A stretch of 64,000 nt of DNA, taken from Bacteroidales bacterium (GTDB lineage: Bacteria > Bacteroidota > Bacteroidia > Bacteroidales > UBA7960). Position numbers and translations under genes: made by a program. Every line of letters starts with the position of its first letter. Positions within the stretch are counted from its first letter, which is position 1. The DNA is taken from positions 3,672-67,671 of the forward strand of contig SLKR01000042.1 in NCBI GenBank assembly GCA_007134525.1, in the 5' to 3' direction. This document shows, one piece after another, positions 56,414 through 64,000 of this stretch. The notes under the pieces were generated by a model. The model saw nothing but the letters and a program-made list of their open reading frames with translations, did not search any database and was not told the DNA's origin.

Positions 56414-58837
56414 TTAGTTTTTAATTGAAAACTCTTTTTCGTCATCAGTTTCAAGGTAATATTTACGTCCTCCCACACCAATATATACTGGATTGGCCCA
56501 TCCCCTGCAAAACTTCAGCCTTAATTTGTCCCTGCCAATATCCAGTTTTATCCAGTGGCTCCTGTAGCGCACATGGAATGAAATTGAGCTTATGTCGGAG
56601 GGCAGTTTCGGATTGAGCCAGAGGACATCGTCCCTGATCTCCATTCCTGTATAACAGCGTTGCAGTATATCCAGGCTTCCGGCCATTGCCCCAAGGTGTA
56701 TCCCCTCATGGGTGGTGCCCCCCTGTATATCCCTGAAATCACTCATAAGTGCAGTTTTAAAACTCTTCCATGAACGTTCGCGGTGGCTCCTTGCATAAAC
56801 CCAGGCATGTATAACCTGGCTCAGCGTGGATCCGTGTGAAGTCCTCCGGTAATAATAATCTATGTTTTCGGGTATCATCCCGGCCTTGAGTTCATAGCCG
56901 AGTTTGCCGAACAGAGACTTAAGCTCCTCAAATGAAAAGAGATAGAAAAGCATAAGCACATCAGCCTGCTTGCTCGCCTTGTAAAAATTGGGAGAATCGT
57001 CACTGGCCTCAAGTATCCTGTCGAGCCTGATTGCATTTCCGTATTTCTTTCTGTAATGATCCCAGTTCAGCTCCCTGAGCTCATCATAGCCCTCAAATTG
57101 TGATATTATGCCATCCCCGTGGAAGGGAACGAACATCTTGCCGCTTATCTCCTCCCACCGCTCTTTATCCATTTTTGTGATCCCGATTTTTGCTGCCAGT
57201 TCATCACAGCAGGTCTTATCCAGGATTTCTAGCAGTTTCATGGCACGCTGAATTACCCAGACTGCCATTACATTGGTGTAGGCATTATTGTTCAGCCCGG
57301 CTTTTTCTATTCCCGGATAATGAGTATGGTATTCATCAGGGCCCATAACCCCCAGTATTTCATAACGGTCGCGCTTCGGATTGAAACGGGCGATGTCAGA
57401 CCAGAAAAGGGCCGTTGCAAAAATCATTTCAGCCCCATAGGCATTTAAAAAGTCAGTATCCCCGGTACTCTGGTAATAATGCCATACGTTGTAGGGAATG
57501 GCCAGGTTAATATGATACTGCAGGTGGGAAACATCAGGCAGCCACCTGCCAGACCTGGGGTTAAGATGCATTTTCTGGGTTTCTTCCCTGCCATTGCTGC
57601 CGCTCTGCCAGGGATAAAGCGCACCCCTGAATCCGGCCTGCCGGGCATTTTCAATTGCCTCGGGCAGGCGCCTGTACCTGTACATAAGCAGTGAACGCGA
57701 CAGCTGAGGATAGTGCAGGTCAATGAAAGGCTGTATGTACAATTCATCCCAGAACACATGCCCCCTGTAACCTTCGCCATGCCAGCCACGTGCAGGTATG
57801 CCAATATCGTAATCCATGCTGTTGCGTGAAACCGTCTGGTATAAATGCATGATATGAAGCCGGATCACCAACTGATCAATGCCGCCGGAATCCAGCTTCA
57901 TATCATTGTAGTTCCATATCCTTTCCCATGCCTGCTTCTGCAGCCGGTAAAGCGCGGCAAAGCTATCCATGCGCGATAGCTTGTTCATGGCCTCGGTAAG
58001 GGGGTCACTGATAGCAAAATCCCTCGAAGTATATATTGAAACAAGCTTCTCAATCCTTAACGGATCCAGTTTCCTGCATTCAATACTGAACTCCCCTGCA
58101 ACAGCATCCTTAAGCTTAACAAGCTTTTGCTTCAGGTCAAGCCTCTCCTGGTGTACGTAGAAATTGGTCCTGCAGGCCTGGCTCATTCTTATATCCGACT
58201 GCTTTGTACGGCTGCACAGAAATACGCTGTCTGAATTTATACTGCCCCTGGAGGTTACCTCCAGGTGATTCTGGTTAAGGTCACTGTACCTGGCAACATT
58301 GTTGTTTATGATATTGCCGTCTATTCCGGATCTGACAGTCAGGCGATCATCCCAGTTTTCCGGGATAAGTGTCCACTCTATACCGGCACAGTGGTAGTCT
58401 TCCATGCTCACTATACGCCTGCTTATTATCGTGGTGATATTCCCTTCGCTGTCCTTGAACCGCATCTTTCTTTCCATTACCCCCTCCTTAATGTTGAGAG
58501 TAGTAAGGAATCCAAGTATTTCGACACTGTCAAGGGAGAACCATGGGTTACTGCCTATCCTGAAGGTAAGGAAAAGCCAGTTGGGCCAATTCACAAGATC
58601 TTCATTCTCAATCTCTCTTCCCTGTATTTCCGATTTCATCCTGTTATAACCCCCTGCTAGGTAGGTACCTGGGTAGTTGTAACGGTTGTCTTTCTCCATC
58701 TCCAGTGCACCTCTTGTAACAATATAACCGTTTCCGAGAGCACAGAGGGCTTCCTGAAGGGGATGCTCATCAGCATTCCACTCAGGGTATTCAACAGTCC
58801 AGCTATTTCTGCTACTTTTTCTGTCGCTATCGCTCAT
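56414..58837 (-). CDS. Glycoside hydrolase family 65 phosphorylase (trehalose / kojibiose / trehalose-6-P phosphorylase-like)
   Basis: GH65 motifs GYRGHVFWDELYIQPF and YPWQSGSNGREETQ. The start is taken at the ATG at 58837, 1 nt after the upstream stop. The ORF-track extension to 58909 overlaps the upstream gene. Confidence 0.85.
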   Translation of the reverse strand: MSDSDRKSSRNSWTVEYPEWNADEHPLQEALCALGNGYIVTRGALEMEKDNRYNYPGTYLAGGYNRMKSEIQGREIENEDLVNWPNWLFLTFRIGSNPWFSLDSVEILGFLTTLNIKEGVMERKMRFKDSEGNITTIISRRIVSMEDYHCAGIEWTLIPENWDDRLTVRSGIDGNIINNNVARYSDLNQNHLEVTSRGSINSDSVFLCSRTKQSDIRMSQACRTNFYVHQERLDLKQKLVKLKDAVAGEFSIECRKLDPLRIEKLVSIYTSRDFAISDPLTEAMNKLSRMDSFAALYRLQKQAWERIWNYNDMKLDSGGIDQLVIRLHIMHLYQTVSRNSMDYDIGIPARGWHGEGYRGHVFWDELYIQPFIDLHYPQLSRSLLMYRYRRLPEAIENARQAGFRGALYPWQSGSNGREETQKMHLNPRSGRWLPDVSHLQYHINLAIPYNVWHYYQSTGDTDFLNAYGAEMIFATALFWSDIARFNPKRDRYEILGVMGPDEYHTHYPGIEKAGLNNNAYTNVMAVWVIQRAMKLLEILDKTCCDELAAKIGITKMDKERWEEISGKMFVPFHGDGIISQFEGYDELRELNWDHYRKKYGNAIRLDRILEASDDSPNFYKASKQADVLMLFYLFSFEELKSLFGKLGYELKAGMIPENIDYYYRRTSHGSTLSQVIHAWVYARSHRERSWKSFKTALMSDFRDIQGGTTHEGIHLGAMAGSLDILQRCYTGMEIRDDVLWLNPKLPSDISSISFHVRYRSHWIKLDIGRDKLRLKFCRGWANPVYIGVGGRKYYLETDDEKEFSIKN

Positions 58838-58838
58838 T

Positions 58839-60413
58839 TCAATTATTCGCTTTTTTGTTTTTGTATATCCTGATAAGCTTGCTGAAAAATTCCTGAACCT
58901 GGAAAACATTCTTCAGACTGTAGTCAGCCAGGGTGTCCTGCCCGTGGTTCTCAACCAGGATACCGATACCTCTTCCCTTAAGGACCCGGAAAGCATCCTC
59001 ATCAGTAACATCATCACCAATAAAAACGGGTATAATACCTGATTGTTCTGAAAAACCAAGTTTTTTATAAATCCACATAACAGCCTTGCCCTTGTGCCAG
59101 TCGATATCCGGCTTTATCTCCACCAACATTTTGCCCTCCCCTGTTTTAAGTCCTGAATGCTTCTCCAGCATCTTGTCAACTACCTTAAATACATAGGGTA
59201 CTTCATTTTCCGATGCATTCCGGTAATGAACAGCTATTGCATATCTTTTCCTGTCGATTGTAACACCTTCAGCCTTGCCTTCAATAAGGTCATGCAGGTC
59301 CTTTTCAACCTTGTCCATGAGCTCCATTATCTCCCCGGACTTCTCATGTTCCATTTCCAGCCCGTCAGGGCCTCTGGTAATATAGCCGTGACTGCCGGAA
59401 TAAATAATATTGTCAAGGCGTATGAAATTGCGAACATCTTCCAGGTCTCGTCCGGTTACAACTGATACACTGAATAGCTCAGAGAGTTCTGACAGTGTAT
59501 CGCGCATTCCGTCCGACAATACAGCATCCTCGGGCCTGCTTACAATCGGGGTCAGAGTCCCGTCATAATCAAGGAAGAAGACAGGCTCCTTTTTGGATAA
59601 TCTGTCAAAGATGTCAGTGCTTTCCGAAAAGACCATCGGTTTTGTATAACTAAGGAAATCTGCAATATCCTTATCCCCGAATAGATCAAATCCCTTAAAA
59701 TCCGGGATGCATATGTCGGCACCATTTTTTAAAAGTTCATCGCTGTTGCCGAATCTGGCAACTCCGACTACAAGGCCAAAAAAGCCCTTTTGCCCGGCCT
59801 GTGTACCCGAGACCGCATCCTCAAACACTATGCTTCGCTCCGGCCTGGCATCAAGTTCCCTTGCGGCCTCAATGAATATATCAGGGTCAGGTTTACCTTT
59901 CAGCCCCCTTTCTGCAGATACTGCACCATCAACCCTCACTTCGAAAAGATCCGCAATTCCAGTTTTCTCTAAAATAGTCCTGCAGTTGCGGCTTGAGGAA
60001 ACAATGGCCGTTTTTATGCCTGCACGCTTCCATGTTTTTATTTTTTCAACTGCATCATCGTAAACTTCCACACCTTCATCCCTGATGAGTCTATTGAAGA
60101 GGTAGTTCTTTCTGTTACCTATGGCACAGACGGTTTCATGGCCAGGCGGGTCATTCTCTTCACCAAATGGCAGCTCGATGCCCCTGGATGAAAGAAAACT
60201 CCTTACCCCTTCATACCGGGGTTTGCCATCGACATAGGCGGCGTAGTCCTGTTCGCTGAACTCCCCTGAATGTCCGGCCTCATCAAGGAAATGGTCAAAC
60301 ATCTTTTTCCAGGCCTTTTTATGGGTTTTACGGGTTTGGGTTATTACACCATCCAGGTCGAAAACCAGTGCATCAATATCACCGGGTATGAGTTTTTTAT
60401 TCTCTTTTCCCAT
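58839..60413 (-). CDS. Fusion of beta-phosphoglucomutase-type HAD hydrolase and trehalose-6-phosphate phosphatase-type HAD-IIB domain
   Basis: N-terminal ALVFDLDGVIT (DxDG) with a KGKPDPDIF-type beta-PGM motif. A second HAD module has VFFLDYDGTLTPI and GDDVTDEDAF. 524 aa. Confidence 0.8.
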   Translation of the reverse strand: MGKENKKLIPGDIDALVFDLDGVITQTRKTHKKAWKKMFDHFLDEAGHSGEFSEQDYAAYVDGKPRYEGVRSFLSSRGIELPFGEENDPPGHETVCAIGNRKNYLFNRLIRDEGVEVYDDAVEKIKTWKRAGIKTAIVSSSRNCRTILEKTGIADLFEVRVDGAVSAERGLKGKPDPDIFIEAARELDARPERSIVFEDAVSGTQAGQKGFFGLVVGVARFGNSDELLKNGADICIPDFKGFDLFGDKDIADFLSYTKPMVFSESTDIFDRLSKKEPVFFLDYDGTLTPIVSRPEDAVLSDGMRDTLSELSELFSVSVVTGRDLEDVRNFIRLDNIIYSGSHGYITRGPDGLEMEHEKSGEIMELMDKVEKDLHDLIEGKAEGVTIDRKRYAIAVHYRNASENEVPYVFKVVDKMLEKHSGLKTGEGKMLVEIKPDIDWHKGKAVMWIYKKLGFSEQSGIIPVFIGDDVTDEDAFRVLKGRGIGILVENHGQDTLADYSLKNVFQVQEFFSKLIRIYKNKKANN

Positions 60414-60607
60414 CTTTCAATTGCTTTTATATTAATACCGAAATTATTGATGCATAATGTATGCCAATTGAAAATTTATTACTGAATTATAGCAACTTAC
60501 TACCAATCTTCTGCTTTACCAAATAAAAATAAAGAAATATGTGCAAACAAGCACCTGTCAGATGTGGAAATTTTACACAACTGCACGGGGCCTTCAACTA
60601 TTATGAT

Positions 60608-60615
60608 TATTTTTG
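60608..60615 (+). promoter_or_regulatory. -7 box (TAttTTTG) for the amidohydrolase genes
   Basis: Exact TAnnTTTG match 36 nt upstream of the ATG at 60652. Confidence 0.3.
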
Positions 60616-60651
60616 AGGCTTTTAAACTTTATCTGTAAAAAACTTAAAAAA

Positions 60652-63540
60652 ATGCTTCGTTCGATCACTTCTTACATTCTTTTTCTCACTCTGGCCACAG
60701 TTGCCATAAATGCCCAGACCATAAGGACAGTGGGACTGCACGAAAACACACCCGCTGTATTCGCTTTAGTAAATGCCGATGTGGTCACTGAACCGGGGAG
60801 TATATCCAGGAATACAAATATTATTGTAAGAGACGGTATAATCGTCGAAATTGGCAGAAGGGCTGATATACCTGCCGATGCAATGATAATTGACCTGGAT
60901 GGCAAAATGGTATATCCGGGCTTTATCGACCTTTACACTAATTATGGCCAGAATGGAACTGAGGCCGAAGGACAGCACTACTGGAACCCGCATATCAGAA
61001 GTCAGTACAGCAGTTCTGCAAACTTCATCCCGGATGAGGAGAAGGCATCAAATATGCGTTCGCAGGGTTTTGTAGTTGTGCAGAGCTTACCACCCCACGG
61101 TCTGATAAGCGGCAAGGGAAGCATTGTGAGCCTGGGATCAGGCGAAAGGTCCGGACTGATAATAGAACCTGATATTACAAGACATATATCTTTTAACATT
61201 TCACGTGAAATAGATTCAAACTACCCCACGTCCGCAATGGGGGCAATATCACTTATCCGCCAGTCACTTATAGATGCTGAATGGTATAACACTGCCCACG
61301 GGGCATATTACAGTAACCCCAGTCAGGAAAGGCCGGAACAGAATATGGTGCTGAAAGATCTTGCCGAAGCAGTTGAGCAAGAGAGGGTTTTTATTGCACA
61401 AACCAGTGATGAATACTTCCTGTTCAGGGCGGCTGATATTGCAGCTGAGTTTGGCCTGAATATCTGGATTAAGGGCAGCGGCTATGAGTACAGGCGTCTG
61501 GAAGCAATAAGAGACCTGAATATTCCCCTTATTGTACCAGTTGATTTCCCTGATGCGCCTGATGTTTCCTCCCCCGAGAAATCAGCCAGTCTCTCCCTGG
61601 AAGAGTTAAGGAATTGGTATCTGGCTCCTGAAAACCCGTCAAGGGTGACGGAGGCAGGTGTTACTACCGCATTGACTGCAGCAGGAAGCGGAAAAGACTT
61701 CCTCCGAAACCTTCGTCGTGCCGTAGAACGTGGCCTGAACAAAGATGATGCCCTGGCTGCACTTACCACAACTCCTGCCGTCCTTGCCGGGATCGACCGG
61801 AAATACGGCAGCATATCAGCCGGGAAGTCCGCCAGCTTTATAATTGCTGACGGTGATATTTTTGAAAAAAATACGGATATAACCCAGGTCTGGATTGACG
61901 GGAAAAAATACAAAACAACCCCCCCGGGTGATGATGCAAGGGGAGAATGGATAATCTCCTCAGGTTCTGAACTTGACGGTGTCGTATTTGAAGTTACCGG
62001 CCAGAACCAGCGCATGAACGCAAGAATAAAGCTCAATGATGAAAGTGTGAACAGCAGGAGTTTCTCTTTCACTGGCCGAAGGATAGAAATGACGTTTGCC
62101 GGTGATCCTCTTGGTCTTGAAGGGACTTACCGTTTGTCGGCCAGCGTATCTGAAGGTAAAATGCTCGGGGCGGGAGAAGACCCCGCAAACAGGTTTTTCA
62201 ACTGGACTGCAGAGAGGAAATCCGGACCTGCGAATGATGAGGCCACAGAAAGCAAAAAGGATTTCCCCGAGCTGCCAGTACGTTATCCATCAACCGACTA
62301 CGGACTCAAGCAGCCTCCCTTACGTCATGATAATGTACTGGTAAGAAATGCAACAATATGGACACAGGGGCCTGAAGGTATCATGGAAAATGCCGACATG
62401 CTGATAAGTGGTGGCAGGATCTCAGCGGTAGGACAAAACATAAATGCCCCCAGGGGTACAATAGAAATAGACGCTGAAGGGATGCATGTAACTCCCGGGC
62501 TTATTGACCCCCACATCCATACAAGTATCGCCAGGGGTGTCAATGAAACCGGAGATGCGATAACCTCCGAGACAAGGATCACAGATGTTATCAATACCAA
62601 TAATGTCTGGATTTACAGGTTGCTTGCCGGCGGTATTACATCAGCCACCCTATTCCACGGATCTGCCAACCCCATAGGTGGGCAGAGTGCAGTGATAAAG
62701 ATGAAGTGGGGAGGTATGCCGGAAGACCTGATAGTGGATGATGCCACCCCGGGGCTGAAGTTTGCGCTCGGAGAGAATGTCAAGAGACTTTCGGGCAGGT
62801 ACCCGAGCACAAGGCAGGGAACCGAGCAAATAATAAGGGACTATTTCCTGGCGGCCGAAGATTACGGCAGGAAATTGGAGGAGTGGGAGTCCGATGGCCA
62901 AGGCCTGCCTCCTAGAAGAGACCTCAGGCTTGAAGCCATCCTGGAGGTCATCAGGGGTGAGAGAAAAGCCCATGTTCATGCTTACCGCCAGGACGAGATG
63001 CTGATGATGTTAAGGCTGGCAGAAGAGTTTGGCTTTACAATAGGTTCATTTGAGCATACTCTTGAAGGTTACAAGATAGCTGACGAACTCCGCGATCATG
63101 GTGCCGCCGCAGTTATCTGGACCGACTGGTCATCCTTTAAGGTCGAGGCCTATGACGGCATTCTTTATAATGCACGGCTGCTTAACGACGTTGGGGTACT
63201 GACCTCCCTGCACTCCGACAACACCCAGTTGTCTACAAGGATGAACTGGGAGGCAGCCAAGACAATGATGACGGGCGTGGACGAGGAGGATGCAATGAAT
63301 TTCATCACACTTCACCCGGCCAAAATAATGGGTATAGACCACAGAACCGGTTCGCTCGAAGAAGGGAAGGATGCCGATTTTGTCATCTGGAACGGCCACC
63401 CCCTCTCCTCATTTTCAACTCCCCGTCAAACATGGATTGAAGGCCGTAAATACTTCGACCGGGAGCAGGATGAAGTGCTTTATGATGAAGTTAAGAAAGA
63501 GAGGACATTTATAATAAACCACATCATTGAAAGCAGATAA
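60652..63540 (+). CDS. Secreted double-module amidohydrolase family protein
   Basis: Signal peptide MLRSITSYILFLTLATVAINAQT. The N-terminal amidohydrolase-like module lacks the HxH motif (YPGFIDLYTNYG). The C-terminal module has an intact one (TPGLIDPHIHTS). The ORF-track start at 60613 is a TTG. Confidence 0.75.
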   Translation: MLRSITSYILFLTLATVAINAQTIRTVGLHENTPAVFALVNADVVTEPGSISRNTNIIVRDGIIVEIGRRADIPADAMIIDLDGKMVYPGFIDLYTNYGQNGTEAEGQHYWNPHIRSQYSSSANFIPDEEKASNMRSQGFVVVQSLPPHGLISGKGSIVSLGSGERSGLIIEPDITRHISFNISREIDSNYPTSAMGAISLIRQSLIDAEWYNTAHGAYYSNPSQERPEQNMVLKDLAEAVEQERVFIAQTSDEYFLFRAADIAAEFGLNIWIKGSGYEYRRLEAIRDLNIPLIVPVDFPDAPDVSSPEKSASLSLEELRNWYLAPENPSRVTEAGVTTALTAAGSGKDFLRNLRRAVERGLNKDDALAALTTTPAVLAGIDRKYGSISAGKSASFIIADGDIFEKNTDITQVWIDGKKYKTTPPGDDARGEWIISSGSELDGVVFEVTGQNQRMNARIKLNDESVNSRSFSFTGRRIEMTFAGDPLGLEGTYRLSASVSEGKMLGAGEDPANRFFNWTAERKSGPANDEATESKKDFPELPVRYPSTDYGLKQPPLRHDNVLVRNATIWTQGPEGIMENADMLISGGRISAVGQNINAPRGTIEIDAEGMHVTPGLIDPHIHTSIARGVNETGDAITSETRITDVINTNNVWIYRLLAGGITSATLFHGSANPIGGQSAVIKMKWGGMPEDLIVDDATPGLKFALGENVKRLSGRYPSTRQGTEQIIRDYFLAAEDYGRKLEEWESDGQGLPPRRDLRLEAILEVIRGERKAHVHAYRQDEMLMMLRLAEEFGFTIGSFEHTLEGYKIADELRDHGAAAVIWTDWSSFKVEAYDGILYNARLLNDVGVLTSLHSDNTQLSTRMNWEAAKTMMTGVDEEDAMNFITLHPAKIMGIDHRTGSLEEGKDADFVIWNGHPLSSFSTPRQTWIEGRKYFDREQDEVLYDEVKKERTFIINHIIESR

Positions 63541-63589
63541 TCCAGTAAATAAACGTATAATCAAATCACAGCAAATAAAATCAAACAAG

Positions 63590-64000
63590 ATGTCTTTATC
63601 ACCATTGAGTTTAAGCATTACAAATACAAACAAAGCCCTTTTTCTGTTGCCTGTGCTCATTTTTCTGGGTTACTGCCTGGCGGCCCAGACACCTGCTCCC
63701 CCACAGCAGGGGGTAACCGCTATTACGGGCGGCACTTTATATACAATGAGTGACGGGGTTTTGGAGAATGCCACAATTGTATTTGAAAATGGAGTTATCA
63801 CAGAAATAGGCATTGACGCCGAAGTACCTGCCAGTGCAAGGGTGATCGATGCAAGCGGTAAAAATATTTACCCTGGCTTTATCCATGGCAGGAGTACACT
63901 CGGGCTTACCGAGATAAGCCGCATACAGGAAAGTACCGACCTTAGGGAGACAGGAGATATAAACCCGAATATCAGGGCCCATTCAGCATTTCATCCTGTA
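63590..64000 (+). CDS. Secreted amidohydrolase family protein, N-terminal part (3' end lies outside the window)
   Basis: Not in the ORF track because it has no stop in the window. I translated it by hand from the ATG at 63590: MSLSPLSLSITNTNKALFLLPVLIFLGYCLAAQTPAPPQQGVTAITGGTLYTMSDGVLENATIVFENGVITEIG...GKNIYPGFIHGRSTLG. The frame stays open to position 64000. Confidence 0.7.
   Translation, partial: MSLSPLSLSITNTNKALFLLPVLIFLGYCLAAQTPAPPQQGVTAITGGTLYTMSDGVLENATIVFENGVITEIGIDAEVPASARVIDASGKNIYPGFIHGRSTLGLTEISRIQESTDLRETGDINPNIRAHSAFHPV

Noticed and set aside
2048-62072. Other long shadow ORFs: 2048-2578(+), 11530-12030(-), 19204-19722(+), 48175-48621(+), 51862-52374(-), 52831-53196(-), 54904-55368(+), 61482-62072(-), and the same-strand alternative-frame ORF 42171-42662(-).
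   Set aside because: Each is embedded in a gene with clear family motifs (ftsE, dmsA, recA, the decarboxylase, mscS, the ALDH, otsA, the amidohydrolase, the ccmF-like gene). None has its own motif, start context or promoter box.
1-64000. Scan for rRNA and tRNA genes, CRISPR arrays, IS elements or integrases, prophage genes and toxin-antitoxin pairs.
   Set aside because: No intergenic gap exceeds 238 nt. None of the gaps shows a cloverleaf-like structure or regularly spaced direct repeats. No ORF shows transposase (DDE), integrase (R..HxxR..Y) or phage structural signatures. An eye scan can miss degenerate elements.

Overview
This 64-kb, roughly 90% coding segment reads as a Bacteroidota chromosome. 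Evidence: three large secreted proteins carry type-IX-secretion (T9SS) C-terminal sorting domains, TAnnTTTG -7 promoter boxes sit 20-37 nt upstream of many start codons, and lpxB/kdsC/surE-type Gram-negative housekeeping genes are present. I call 48 protein-coding genes, two of them cut by the window edges. I found no rRNA, tRNA, CRISPR array, transposase or integrase.

Main blocks:
- Secreted or envelope peptidases: M3 Dcp, tricorn-like S41, M28, M15, S9, YugP-like, S8.
- A DmsABC-type molybdoenzyme operon followed by a membrane/P-loop NTPase fusion and mobA.
- Core genes: recA-rsmG, comEC, lpxB-surE, maf-kdsC, a ccmF-like gene, holA.
- An operon-like HlyD-like / VTC / DUF4956 / CotH block facing a second, convergent CotH paralog.
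- A co-directional trehalose block (beta-PGM::T6PP fusion, GH65 phosphorylase, OtsA::OtsB fusion) next to mscS.
- Tandem secreted amidohydrolases.

Best candidates for undescribed biology:
1. A 203-aa orphan ORF whose sequence layout resembles a gasdermin N-terminal pore-forming domain. It stops exactly where the inhibitory tail should begin and has no protease neighbour.
2. The HlyD-VTC-DUF4956-CotH-CotH cluster, possibly an envelope polyphosphate/phosphorylation system.
3. The transporter-like membrane domain fused to a THEP1/DUF2478-like NTPase inside the dms-mobA operon.

All family assignments rest on motif and architecture recognition by eye. No database search was possible.
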